A stretch of 64,000 nt of DNA. It comes from Tepidisphaera sp. (GTDB lineage: Bacteria; Planctomycetota; Phycisphaerae; Phycisphaerales; UBA1924). The notes below the pieces were generated by a model that saw nothing but the letters and a program-made list of their open reading frames with translations, was not told the DNA's origin and ran no database searches. Below are positions 39,657-49,126 of this stretch, one piece after another. The position numbers and the translations under genes are program-made. The stretch is from assembly GCA_050916045.1 (NCBI GenBank), contig CP051526.1, forward strand, positions 128,001 to 192,000, written 5' to 3'. Position 1 is the first letter of the stretch; each line of letters starts with the position of its first letter.

Positions 39657-39690
39657 GGAGGACCGGGGTTCGCGCCCCGGTCCTCCATTT
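39657..39690 (+). terminator. Hairpin closing the cys operon
   Basis: GGAGGACCGGGG-TTCGCG-CCCCGGTCCTCC followed by ATTT. Confidence 0.65.
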
Positions 39691-39789
39691 CCGGGCTCGT
39701 GTTTGCGCAAGATCGGCCCGTGGGGCGCCATCCGGGCTTTCGCCGTCGATCGGTCTGGGAATCCCGCGCCGTTCGAGTACACTGTGCGT

Positions 39790-40362
39790 ATGGCGATCAA
39801 GGTACTGGCGTTCTCGGGAAGCATGCGTCAAGCGTCGTTCAACACGGCGATCGTTCGGATCGCCGCGGAAGGCGCTCGCGCCGCGGGAGCCGAGGTCACC
39901 GTCGTCGAGCTTCGTGACTTCCCCATGCCCCTCTACGACGGCGATCAGGAAGCCGCGACCGGCATGCCCGAGCACGCCAAGCGGTTCAAGCAGCTTCTGC
40001 TCTCGCATCAGGCGATGCTGATCGCTTCGCCCGAGCACAACAGCTGTTTCTCCGCAGCGCTCAAGAACGCTTTGGACTGGGCGAGCCGGTCCGCTCCGGG
40101 TGAGCCGGGGCTTGCGGCGTTTGCCGGAAAGGCGGCGGCTATTTGCGCCGCTTCGCCGGGCGGGCTGGGCGGCGCACGCGGGCTCTTCCCGCTTCGCGGA
40201 CTGCTCGCGGGCTTGGGCGTGATCGTGCTCCCGCAGCAGGTCACGATTTCCAAAGCCGGCGAAGCGATCGAACGCGGTGCGTGCAAGGACCCCAAGCAGC
40301 ACCAGTCGCTTCTGGATCTCGGGGCGCGGCTCGCGGAGGTCGCAAGGAAGCTCAACGGATAG
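39790..40362 (+). CDS. NADPH-dependent FMN reductase
   Basis: GSMRQASFN, SPEHN...LKNALDW, ASPGGLGG. Confidence 0.92.
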   Translation: MAIKVLAFSGSMRQASFNTAIVRIAAEGARAAGAEVTVVELRDFPMPLYDGDQEAATGMPEHAKRFKQLLLSHQAMLIASPEHNSCFSAALKNALDWASRSAPGEPGLAAFAGKAAAICAASPGGLGGARGLFPLRGLLAGLGVIVLPQQVTISKAGEAIERGACKDPKQHQSLLDLGARLAEVARKLNG

Positions 40363-40394
40363 ACGGCGCGTCAACCGTGCGGAAGGAGGGTTCG

Positions 40395-41567
40395 ATGATT
40401 TCGTCCCTGGCTTGGTTCGTGCTCGGTTGCTCCGTGTTGACACAACCTGCGGCAAGTCCACAGCCGCAGCCCACGCCGCCGGCCGAGGCGCGTGCTCCCG
40501 ACATCAAGCAAACCCGCAACAGGCTGCTTGCGGATCTGAACACCATCCCGGTCAAGCGGGCAGCTCTTGGCGATGCTGAGCACCGCGAGGGCCTCGTCAA
40601 GACCGAAGCGTGGCTCATCGAGCGGCTGAAGTCCATCGGCCTCACGCCGCAGGTTCAGGAATTCGTCTGGAACTCGCCGGCTCTCAAAGCCCTGCTGATC
40701 TCCAGGGACGCCGAGCAGCCGTCGGACAAAGCTGCGGATGATTCTCGGTTCAGGTTCCGCAACTACATCGTGGAACTCCCCGGTACCGACCTGGCTTCGG
40801 AGGTCATCATCCTCGGAGCCCACTACGACGCGGTGCCGGAGAGCCCGGGAGCGGACGACAACGCCAGCGGCGTCGTCGCGCTGCTTGAGATCGCGCGCAC
40901 ACTCAAAGATCAGCCGCGCCGACGGACGATCAGGCTCGTTTTCTTCACGCTCGAGGAGGTTGGCCTGCACGGAGCGGTGCAGTATGTGCTTTCCAAGCGG
41001 ACCGATTGGTTCCCGACGCCGGCCGCGCCCGCGGAAGCGCCGGCGGGCAATCCGTCCGCCAAGCCGGCCGCGCCAGCGATGAACCCGCCGAAAGAGAAAC
41101 TCATCGGCATGGTCTCGCTCGAGTGCATCGGCTACTTCTCCGACGAGCCCGGATCACAGACGAACCCGATCCCCAAGGTCGGCGGCGTTCCCGTTGTCAA
41201 TCTCCGCGTCCCCGAAGCCGGGAACTTCATCGGGCTTGCCGGAATCTCCAAGCACCGCGAGTTCTCGCAGCGATTGGTCAAGGAGATGGAGAAAGCTGAG
41301 CCGGAGCTTCCCATCCTCGCCGCCGATGTGCTTCCGATCGCGCCGCCGGACTTTCTGCGAAGCGATCACGCTCCATTTCTGATCGCGGGTCTTCCGGCCG
41401 TGATGCTGACGAACACCGCGAACTTCCGCAACCCCAACTACCACAAGCCGACGGACACCGTGGCGACGCTCGACCTGGACAGGCTCGCGAAAGTCGTTCG
41501 GGCGGTCACCGCCGCGACCAAAGCCATCGCCGAGACGCCCGAAGCGGCGCCCGTGTCCTCGAAGTAG
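40395..41567 (+). CDS. Secreted M28 family peptidase
   Basis: GAHYD, PGADDNASG, TLEE, SDHAPF, YHKPTD. Confidence 0.9.
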   Translation: MISSLAWFVLGCSVLTQPAASPQPQPTPPAEARAPDIKQTRNRLLADLNTIPVKRAALGDAEHREGLVKTEAWLIERLKSIGLTPQVQEFVWNSPALKALLISRDAEQPSDKAADDSRFRFRNYIVELPGTDLASEVIILGAHYDAVPESPGADDNASGVVALLEIARTLKDQPRRRTIRLVFFTLEEVGLHGAVQYVLSKRTDWFPTPAAPAEAPAGNPSAKPAAPAMNPPKEKLIGMVSLECIGYFSDEPGSQTNPIPKVGGVPVVNLRVPEAGNFIGLAGISKHREFSQRLVKEMEKAEPELPILAADVLPIAPPDFLRSDHAPFLIAGLPAVMLTNTANFRNPNYHKPTDTVATLDLDRLAKVVRAVTAATKAIAETPEAAPVSSK

Positions 41568-41615
41568 GTTGTGCGTGGGCTGTTCGCCGAGCGGAGTCGG
41601 CGGAGCGGCGGGTGA

Positions 41616-41762
41616 TCAGCCGGCCAGGTCGGCGAGGAGTTCGTCCATGCAAGCGTCGAGGAAGGCGTCGGAATCGAACGCGCCGGCTTCGATCTGCTGG
41701 CGCACTTTCTGCACAAGCTCGAACCGGATCCCCGAAAGGTGCCGCAGTCGATTAACCTTCAT
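41616..41762 (-). CDS. flgM: FlgM-like anti-sigma-28 factor (C-terminal core only, 48 aa)
   Basis: GAGGAG SD; IRFELVQKVRQQIEAGAFD resembles the FlgM R...V..I+..I..G.Y pattern. Confidence 0.6.
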   Translation of the reverse strand: MKVNRLRHLSGIRFELVQKVRQQIEAGAFDSDAFLDACMDELLADLAG

Positions 41763-42091
41763 CGTGTGCTCCTCACCCGTGTCCGGCTGTTCGGGCACGC
41801 GACCTTGGCTCAGGCGCTCGCCCGAGCCTGTGGAACCCGTCCCCGGCCGATTCGTACACTCAACGCGCGATGCCACCGACCAATATGCCATGGGAAGGTC
41901 TCCAACCGGCCGCTCCAGCGGCCGACTTGTTTGCGAGTGACCCGCCCGCCTTCCATGGCGTGGGCGTCTGACAGGGGAAGTATCGACGGCATCTTCCTCA
42001 TTCCTTGAAACTTCTGCAAATCTGCTCACCCAAGCTCAAGCCCAGTCCCAGTCAGAGTTTACAGCGAATAACACACGATCGGACTTTTCAA

Positions 42092-43021
42092 ATGAATTTC
42101 CGCGACCCCCGTCAAATTTCAAGGTCTCCCAGGGTCAGAATCTCGGACCATGCCGCTCCCCGAGCCGCCTTGGCCTGCATCGTCGCCGCGTCTTGCCTTG
42201 GGCTCGCCGCTTGCCAAAGCGGCCCGGCGGACGCGACGCCCGCTCCGGAAGCTGCCGACGGCAAGCAGGTTTTCACCCGCCCCACCTGGACCACGTCCTC
42301 GGTGGGTGACACTGCGGCCAAACCGCCCGCGCCCGCGGGAACCGTTCCGACCGAAACCGCGGCCAAACGCACCACCTGGGCGATCCTGCTGGGGGCCGTT
42401 TCCGGTCCGGGTTCGGACCGTCAAGCGGCGACCCTCGCGGCTGTCGCGTCCAGGGAAGGTGGCATGGCCGACACCTTCATCGAGCCCCGGGGTGATGGCT
42501 TTGCCGTTCTCTACGGCGCGTACGACGAGCCGGGATCCCCTCAAGCCAAGAAGGACCTCGCCGTGGCGCGGGCGATTGATGTGGGCGGGGCCAAGCCTTT
42601 CGAGGGTGCGATCATGGCCGCTCCGGCGGTTCGGGGAGCCGCCGGCAACACGCCCGAGCACGACCTCCGCCTTGCCAAACAGATTTATGGGAAGAAAGCC
42701 AGCTTTACCCTCCAGATCGGCGTCTACCACCGCTCGGACCGTGAGAAGCCCACACCGGATCAGGTCGCGGAGATCCGCAAAGCCGCCGAGGGCGCGGTGA
42801 AGGCCCTCCGCGAACAGGGCGATCAGGCGTTCTACTTCCATGGCCCCGAGCGAAGCATGGTCACCGTGGGTCTTTTCCCAACCGCCGAAGACGCCGCGAT
42901 CCGAGCGATCCAGAAGCGATTCCCTTCTCACATGATCAACGGCCAGCTCACGACCAACGCAAAGTCCGAACAACTGAACGGCCCCAAGGGCCAGCCGTCG
43001 TTCGTCGTCACGGTCCCGTGA
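42092..43021 (+). CDS. Putative lipoprotein (SPOR-like domains possible)
   Basis: Lipobox LAAC followed by Pro/Ala linker; start uncertain. Confidence 0.7.
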   Translation: MNFRDPRQISRSPRVRISDHAAPRAALACIVAASCLGLAACQSGPADATPAPEAADGKQVFTRPTWTTSSVGDTAAKPPAPAGTVPTETAAKRTTWAILLGAVSGPGSDRQAATLAAVASREGGMADTFIEPRGDGFAVLYGAYDEPGSPQAKKDLAVARAIDVGGAKPFEGAIMAAPAVRGAAGNTPEHDLRLAKQIYGKKASFTLQIGVYHRSDREKPTPDQVAEIRKAAEGAVKALREQGDQAFYFHGPERSMVTVGLFPTAEDAAIRAIQKRFPSHMINGQLTTNAKSEQLNGPKGQPSFVVTVP

Positions 43022-43645
43022 TCAGCCGCCCTGGATCCCGAAAAGCCCCTGGATGGCGAGCGGCTCGATGCGGACCGCTCGCCAGGTGCCGTCGCTCGAA
43101 CGCTGCCAGTCGATCAGCCACCATGAGAAATTGATGCCCCCCGCTTGGGGCTCGACGCGCACGAGGCACATCGTCTGGGCCCGGCCCGGCGAAGCTTTAT
43201 GGGCCTGCACTTCCAGCACGGCCCACCCCGCGAGCGTGTACTGCGCCGCCATGGCGAGCTGTACGCGATCAAGAAGCTGCTCGCGATTCAGAGGCGACCC
43301 CTGAAGCCTGCCGACAAGCTCGGCGGATGGACCGAGGATCGCGCCGGTCGTCGTCAGGTCGGCTTTGGCGACCGCCGCGACGAGTTCCCGGGTGCGAGCG
43401 ACGAGTTTTTCGCCAGTGGTGTCGATCAGACGCCCGAGCCCCCAGAGGGCGCCGGCGACCAGCAACGTAAGCCCGAGAACTCGATAGGCCCGCGGATCGC
43501 CGCGGTGGTTGAAGACCAAAAACACGCAGAGTCCGAGAAGAGCGAGGAATGCAGCGGGCCAGCCGGACTGTTCGAGGAAAAGGCGGATCAGCCACGGGCT
43601 GTCCGGCAGCGGGGCGGGCGCGGGGAAATTCGGGATGAGGTTCAT
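43022..43645 (-). CDS. Hypothetical membrane protein
   Basis: Two TM helices then a small alpha/beta (NTF2-like possible) domain. Confidence 0.7.
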   Translation of the reverse strand: MNLIPNFPAPAPLPDSPWLIRLFLEQSGWPAAFLALLGLCVFLVFNHRGDPRAYRVLGLTLLVAGALWGLGRLIDTTGEKLVARTRELVAAVAKADLTTTGAILGPSAELVGRLQGSPLNREQLLDRVQLAMAAQYTLAGWAVLEVQAHKASPGRAQTMCLVRVEPQAGGINFSWWLIDWQRSSDGTWRAVRIEPLAIQGLFGIQGG

Positions 43646-43746
43646 TTTCCAGTCCTTGTCGTCCGGCCGTCGATCTTGTTGCTCCTGAACCGTTCCCGGA
43701 CCGCGCGGATGGTGCGCGGCTTGGACGTTGGTTCGAGAGAGGCACG

Positions 43747-46700
43747 ATGAGCACCAGCCCTGAAGAACGTACGCGGCTCCTTGAACGGAACCTGAGGGCT
43801 CTGTCCTTCTCTACGCCCTCGCTGATCGAACGGATCCGTTCGGCCAAGCCGCGGGAGGATCTGGTCGTCCGCACGACCGAGGACGGCGCCCTCGCGGGTG
43901 AGCTGTCGCACGGAGCGGGAAAGCTCCGCTTGTGCTCGTTCCGCAAGCCCATCGAGGAAGCCGAACGCTTCGCGGAGGGGTTTGATCCCAAAGCCGCGGC
44001 GGTTCCGGTCATCATCGGGTTCGGGATGGGTCACCATGTCCGCACGATCCACGCCAAGCTCAAGGGCCAGGGCGCGGTGGTTGTCTTCGAGCCGGACCTC
44101 TCGCTGCTTCACGAGGTGTTCAGCCAACTCGACTGCAGCGGATGGCTCGCGACTCCGGGGATCCGCATCCACGCGGGCCCGGCCGATCCGGGCTCGATCA
44201 CCGCGACGTTCGAGGGGCTTGAGGGTCAAGCGGCTTTCGGGATCAAGATCATCGAGCATCCGCCGAGCCGCACGCGGATCAACGAGCTGGCTTCGGAATT
44301 CATCGCCAACCTGTCGACGGCGGTCGCGACGATCCGGACGCATGTCGTCACGACGCTCTGCCAGGTCGGCAAGACGGCGAGCCACTATCTGAGCAACGCG
44401 GCGGTGTACGTCTCGGCCGGTAGCGTCGCCGAGCTTCGCGACTGCGCCAAGGGCCGCACGGCAGTGGTCGTCTCCGCTGGCCCGAGTCTCATGAGAAACG
44501 TCGATCTGCTCGCCAAGCCCGGCGTGCGCGACCGAGTCGTCATCATCGCCGCCCAGACCGTGCTCAAGCCGCTTCTGGCGCGAGGCATCAAGCCGCACTT
44601 CGTCACCGCGCTGGACCACGCGGATATCAGCGCCCGGTTCTTCGAGGGCCTGACCGAGGAGGATGTCCGCGGCGTGACGCTCGTGGTCGAGCCCAAAGCC
44701 AACCCGGCGATCGCGGCGGCGTTCCCGGGCGTGGTCCGCTGTTCACGCGAGCAGGTGCTTGACGAGATCCTCGGGCCCGGGATCGCTCGCGACATGGGCA
44801 CGCTTCGCTGCGGCTCGACGGTGGCCCACCTTTCGTACTACCTCGCGCGGTTCATGGGCTGCGACCCGGTGGTGCTGATCGGGCAGGACCTGGGGTTCAC
44901 CGACGGCCAGTACTACTCCGCCGGCGCGGCGATCCACCAGGTCTGGGCGTGCGAGCTCAACGAGTTCAACACGCTTGAGATGATGGAATGGCAGCGGATC
45001 GTGCGGATGCGCCGGATTCTGCACCGTGCGACGGACCACCTGGGCCGCCCGATGTACACGGACGAGCAGATGCTCGCGTACAGGCTCCAGTTCGAGCGCG
45101 ACTTCTCCAACGACCACGCCAAGGGCCTCACGATCCTTGACGCGACCGAGGGGGGCGTCCGCAAGGAATTCACGACCATCACCACGCTCGCGGAAGCGCT
45201 CGAAAGCGCGATGAAGTGCGAGCCGTGGTCCCCTCCCGCGATCAGCGAGGAGCGCGTCTGCGTCCCCGCCGAGAAGGTGATCGAGCGACTGGACGTGCTC
45301 CGCCAGCATGTCACGCGGATCAAGAAGCTCTGCGCCAAGACCGACGAGGCGCTCGTCCAGATGGCCCGCCACTGCGGAAACCACGCCCGCGTCAACCCGC
45401 TGATCGAGGAGGTGCTCGAGTTCGCCCGCGAAGCTCAGTCGCTCGGCACCGCGTACAACCTCGTGCAGTACATCAACCAGACCGGGCAGCTCAAGCGGTA
45501 CCGCCGCGACCGCCTGATCGCCCTCGCCGAAGACCAGAACCCCGTGTCCAGGCAGCGCAGGCAGATCGATCGCGACCGCGAGAACATGCGCTGGCTTTCG
45601 GACTCCGCCGAAGAGGTCATCTCCATGACCACGCGGGCGATTGATCAGATTCGCGGCGTGTCGCACGGCATCGCCAAAGCCGACCTTGTCGCGAAGGTCA
45701 CGGGCGAAGCCGGTCCCAAAGCCAGCGCCCGCGTCGTTGCCGTCATCCCGGTCAACACCTCCATCAGCGGGCTTCATGGCTCGCGAGATCTCGCCGCGCC
45801 GCTCGCGGATGGCCGCGGGGCGCTCTGGTGGACCGTGACAAGGATCCTCAAAGCCAAAGAACTCGACCTGGTGGTCCTCGCCACCGCTGAACCCGAAGCC
45901 ACCGTGAGACTGCTTGGCGAACTCGCCAAGCATCCCAGGGTCAGGATCGAGTCGTTCGAGCAGGACCCGATGGCCAACCGACGGGCGAGCGTCGCGATCG
46001 GTCGGCGATGGTCGCGCTCCTGCTGGCGCGGCGGGATCGGCAACCTGACCGCGTTCGACGAAGCTTTCGCGCCCGCCGCAACCTCGTTCATCCTCGGCAA
46101 GCACAATGCCGACGCGGCGGTCGTCGTGGGCGCGGACTGGAGCCTCGTGGATCCCTCGGCGATCGACGGGATCGTCACGCGGTACCGCGCCGCCGGCGGA
46201 GAGACGGGCACACACCAGATGGTCATCGTGCACGCGGCTCCGGGCTTGGGCGGGTGCCTCATCGAGCGTGATCCGGTCGAGCATCTTGTGAAGGGAGGCG
46301 CGGCGGCCGGGCCCTTCTCCTCGATCGGGGCTCTGATCGGGTACCTGCCGTTTGCCCCGCAGATGGACCTGATCGGCAAGCCGGCGGCGATGGTGCCGCT
46401 GGTTGCCGCTCGAAATCTGAGCATGCGGTGCATCGCCGACAGCGAAGGGGCCCGCCGAGTCATGGGCGACCTCCTGGCGCGTGAGGGCGCTGACGTGCCG
46501 CTCGCGACGGTGGTACAGGCATTTGAGCGAGCCGGCCAGCACGCAAGGCCCTCGGCGGTGACGATCGACCTGGGGAACGAAAGCAAGCGGATCAGCGTCG
46601 AGAGTGTTCGCCGCGTGCTGGCGACGCTTGGCGAAGGTCCGGCGGTCACGCTCTCTTGCGGCGATCATGAAGCCGACGACCCGACGGGTCATCCGGACTT

Positions 46701-47211
46701 CTCGCGGATCGTCGCGGAAGCCAAGGCGGGCGGGGCGATGGTGCACGTCGTGTCGACGCTCAAGCCCGGCGCGGCGGAGTTGATCCGAGACGCTGGCGTC
46801 GAAGTCGTGAGTGTGCCGTTGGTGACCAAAGCGGGTGAGCTTGATGAGCAAGCGGGCATGGCCGCGGCGTCGTTCGCCGACACCGTGACGGTCGGTCCGG
46901 AAGGGCTGCCGAATTCGTGGGTCGTGGCGAGGTTGACGCGCCGGGACGCGCTGTACGGCAAGCTTGAGGAGCTTTACGACGCATGGCTGATGCGGACAGG
47001 CGCATGCGTGATCGATCCGCTTGCGGAAGCGATTCCGGGCGAGCGGATCGCGCCGCTTCCGGTGCCGGCGTCGGTCGTGGCGCGGCGTGACCGAGAGGAA
47101 CTGGTCGTCGGGCCTGATGGTTCGGCGCGGACGCCGAGCGGGCGCGTGGTGCCCCTGGGCGGGGTGATTGAGATCAAGAGCGGCCAGGCGGCCGCGGCGG
47201 AGGCGGCGTGA
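43747..47211 (+). CDS. Maf/DUF115 (MptE-like) glycosyltransferase fused to cytidylyltransferase-like and degenerate radical-SAM-like modules
   Basis: GFGMGHH, VVSAGPSL, GIKPHFV..LD, GSTVAH, IGQDL, DATEGG; then GADWSLVDP and DPTGHPD segments. Confidence 0.8.
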   Translation: MSTSPEERTRLLERNLRALSFSTPSLIERIRSAKPREDLVVRTTEDGALAGELSHGAGKLRLCSFRKPIEEAERFAEGFDPKAAAVPVIIGFGMGHHVRTIHAKLKGQGAVVVFEPDLSLLHEVFSQLDCSGWLATPGIRIHAGPADPGSITATFEGLEGQAAFGIKIIEHPPSRTRINELASEFIANLSTAVATIRTHVVTTLCQVGKTASHYLSNAAVYVSAGSVAELRDCAKGRTAVVVSAGPSLMRNVDLLAKPGVRDRVVIIAAQTVLKPLLARGIKPHFVTALDHADISARFFEGLTEEDVRGVTLVVEPKANPAIAAAFPGVVRCSREQVLDEILGPGIARDMGTLRCGSTVAHLSYYLARFMGCDPVVLIGQDLGFTDGQYYSAGAAIHQVWACELNEFNTLEMMEWQRIVRMRRILHRATDHLGRPMYTDEQMLAYRLQFERDFSNDHAKGLTILDATEGGVRKEFTTITTLAEALESAMKCEPWSPPAISEERVCVPAEKVIERLDVLRQHVTRIKKLCAKTDEALVQMARHCGNHARVNPLIEEVLEFAREAQSLGTAYNLVQYINQTGQLKRYRRDRLIALAEDQNPVSRQRRQIDRDRENMRWLSDSAEEVISMTTRAIDQIRGVSHGIAKADLVAKVTGEAGPKASARVVAVIPVNTSISGLHGSRDLAAPLADGRGALWWTVTRILKAKELDLVVLATAEPEATVRLLGELAKHPRVRIESFEQDPMANRRASVAIGRRWSRSCWRGGIGNLTAFDEAFAPAATSFILGKHNADAAVVVGADWSLVDPSAIDGIVTRYRAAGGETGTHQMVIVHAAPGLGGCLIERDPVEHLVKGGAAAGPFSSIGALIGYLPFAPQMDLIGKPAAMVPLVAARNLSMRCIADSEGARRVMGDLLAREGADVPLATVVQAFERAGQHARPSAVTIDLGNESKRISVESVRRVLATLGEGPAVTLSCGDHEADDPTGHPDFSRIVAEAKAGGAMVHVVSTLKPGAAELIRDAGVEVVSVPLVTKAGELDEQAGMAAASFADTVTVGPEGLPNSWVVARLTRRDALYGKLEELYDAWLMRTGACVIDPLAEAIPGERIAPLPVPASVVARRDREELVVGPDGSARTPSGRVVPLGGVIEIKSGQAAAAEAA

Positions 47212-47984
47212 GCGGACACAACGAACGAGCGGTTGCGATCATCCTGGCCCGTGGGGGCAGCAAGGGTGTGCCCGGAAAGAACTGGGCAAGCGTGGGCGGA
47301 CGCCCGTGCGTCGCGTGGACGATCGACGCGGCGATGGCCGCCCGTGCGGCCGGCTGCGTCGGTGTCGTCGCGGTAAGCACGGATGATCCGCGCGTGGCGG
47401 AGATCGCGCACCACATGGGTGCGGAGATTGTCCATCGTCCCGCGATGCTGGCTTCCGATACGGCCCGGGTGGATGACGCTCTGCGGCACGCGGTGGGCGA
47501 CCTGGTCGCTCGCAAGGTTGTCCGGGCGATCGCCTCGACACCGGTTGTGATGCTTTACGCCAACGTGCCGGTCCGACCGGCGGGCTTGATTGAAGAAGCG
47601 GTCGGGCTTCTGACACGCGATGGGTGTGACAGTGTGCAGAGCTTTCAGCCGGTGGGCAAGCACCATCCTTGGTGGACGTGCAGGGTCGGAGCGAACGGCG
47701 CGGTGGGCGCGTGGGACGGCGGGGAGATGTTCCACGGCTGCTTCCGGCGGCAGGACCTGCCCGCGGCGCACATACCCGACGGAGCGATCACGGTCATGAC
47801 CAAGCGGGCGCTCTTTGGCGAAATCGATGGCGTCGCCGCGGGTCCTCACGCGTTTCTGGGAAGGGACCGGCGCGGCGTGATCAATCCCGAGGGGTCGGTC
47901 GTTGACATCGACACGCGTCTTGACCTGCGGGTCGCGGACGCGATCCTGAACGAGCAGCGCGAAGGACAGCGGAGGTCGGCATGA
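47208..47984 (+). CDS. neuA: Acylneuraminate (nonulosonate) cytidylyltransferase
   Basis: ILARGGSKGVPGKN, VSTDD, RRQDLP, DIDT; GTGA overlap. Confidence 0.9.
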   Translation: MSGHNERAVAIILARGGSKGVPGKNWASVGGRPCVAWTIDAAMAARAAGCVGVVAVSTDDPRVAEIAHHMGAEIVHRPAMLASDTARVDDALRHAVGDLVARKVVRAIASTPVVMLYANVPVRPAGLIEEAVGLLTRDGCDSVQSFQPVGKHHPWWTCRVGANGAVGAWDGGEMFHGCFRRQDLPAAHIPDGAITVMTKRALFGEIDGVAAGPHAFLGRDRRGVINPEGSVVDIDTRLDLRVADAILNEQREGQRRSA

Positions 47985-49066
47985 AGATTGGAACGCGAGC
48001 GGTCGGATCGGACTCCAGCCCTTACGTGATCGCCGAGATCGGCGTGAACCACGACGGCGATGTGAATCGAGCCGTTGAACTGACCAGGCAAGCCGCGAAG
48101 GCCGGGGCCGACGCGGTGAAGCTCCAGTTCTTCCGGGCGGACCTTCTGATGAGCAGAGCCTCCGGGCTTGCGGCGTATCAGGAAGCCGCGGGCGAGCGCG
48201 ACCCGCACTCGATGCTCCGCAGGCTGGAGCTTTCGGTCGATCAGATGCGCGGCGTCGTCAGTGCGGCTCATGATGCCGGTATCCACGCGATCGTGACGGT
48301 CTTCAGCACGGAGCTGGTCGCGGAAGCGGAGGGATTGGCGTGGGATGCGTACAAGTCCGCTTCGCCGGACGTCGTGAACAAACCGCTACTGACGGCGATG
48401 GGCGCGACGGGGCGTCCGTTGATCGTGAGCACGGGCGCCGCGACGATCGACGAGGTGGCGCGCGCGGCGGGTTGGCTTCGCGGCCTCGCGGGGCGGCTTG
48501 CGATTCTTCAGTGCGTTAGCTCGTACCCGACGCCGGATGAATTGGCCGAGCTCGGCGGGATCGGGGCGATCGCTGATGTGTTCGACGGGCCGGTGGGGTA
48601 CAGCGACCACACGACGGGCGTTGAAACCGGGGCGAAGGCCGTCTGGCGCGGAGCGAGCATTCTCGAGAAGCACCTGACCTATAGCCGCGAGGCCGTGGGG
48701 CCCGATCACGCCGCTTCGCTGATCCCCGCGGAGTTCGCGCAGTATGTCGAATCCGCCAAGCGTGCGTGGACGGAGCGGCAAGCCCGCCGGCGGCCGAAGA
48801 ACTTCCCCGAGCCTTCCCGCAAGCGAGTGCTCACGATCGAAGAGGATGTTCGTCGTCTCTCGCGGCAGTCGCTTGTGACCAGGCGGGCTCTCCCTGCCGG
48901 GCACGTCCTTTCGCGGGCTGATCTCACGATCAAGCGTCCCGGCACCGGCCTTGAGCCGTGGATGCTCGAAAGCACGATCGGAAGGCGGTTGTCGCGGGCG
49001 GTTGAAGCGGACGTCCCGGTCACGATCGCGGATCTCGCCAAACCCGCGGCACGCGAAGCGGCATGA
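47981..49066 (+). CDS. neuB: N-acetylneuraminate/nonulosonate synthase with SAF domain
   Basis: IAEIGVNHDGD, AVKLQ, CVSSYP, GYSDHT, EKHLT, GPDH, KRPGTG. Confidence 0.93.
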   Translation: MKIGTRAVGSDSSPYVIAEIGVNHDGDVNRAVELTRQAAKAGADAVKLQFFRADLLMSRASGLAAYQEAAGERDPHSMLRRLELSVDQMRGVVSAAHDAGIHAIVTVFSTELVAEAEGLAWDAYKSASPDVVNKPLLTAMGATGRPLIVSTGAATIDEVARAAGWLRGLAGRLAILQCVSSYPTPDELAELGGIGAIADVFDGPVGYSDHTTGVETGAKAVWRGASILEKHLTYSREAVGPDHAASLIPAEFAQYVESAKRAWTERQARRRPKNFPEPSRKRVLTIEEDVRRLSRQSLVTRRALPAGHVLSRADLTIKRPGTGLEPWMLESTIGRRLSRAVEADVPVTIADLAKPAAREAA

Positions 49067-49126
49067 TCGGCGAGCAACCGGCGTACTGTCGCTTGCCGGC
49101 TCCCGCCGGCGCGTGGAGCGACCTTG

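Noticed and set aside
41975..42010. Sigma-28 promoter for the flgM-like gene (TCAAG-N16-GTCGATAC), and a similar CGAAG-N15-GCCGATTG at 50361-50388
   Set aside because: Spacing and matches deviate from consensus; too weak to call without a genome-wide model
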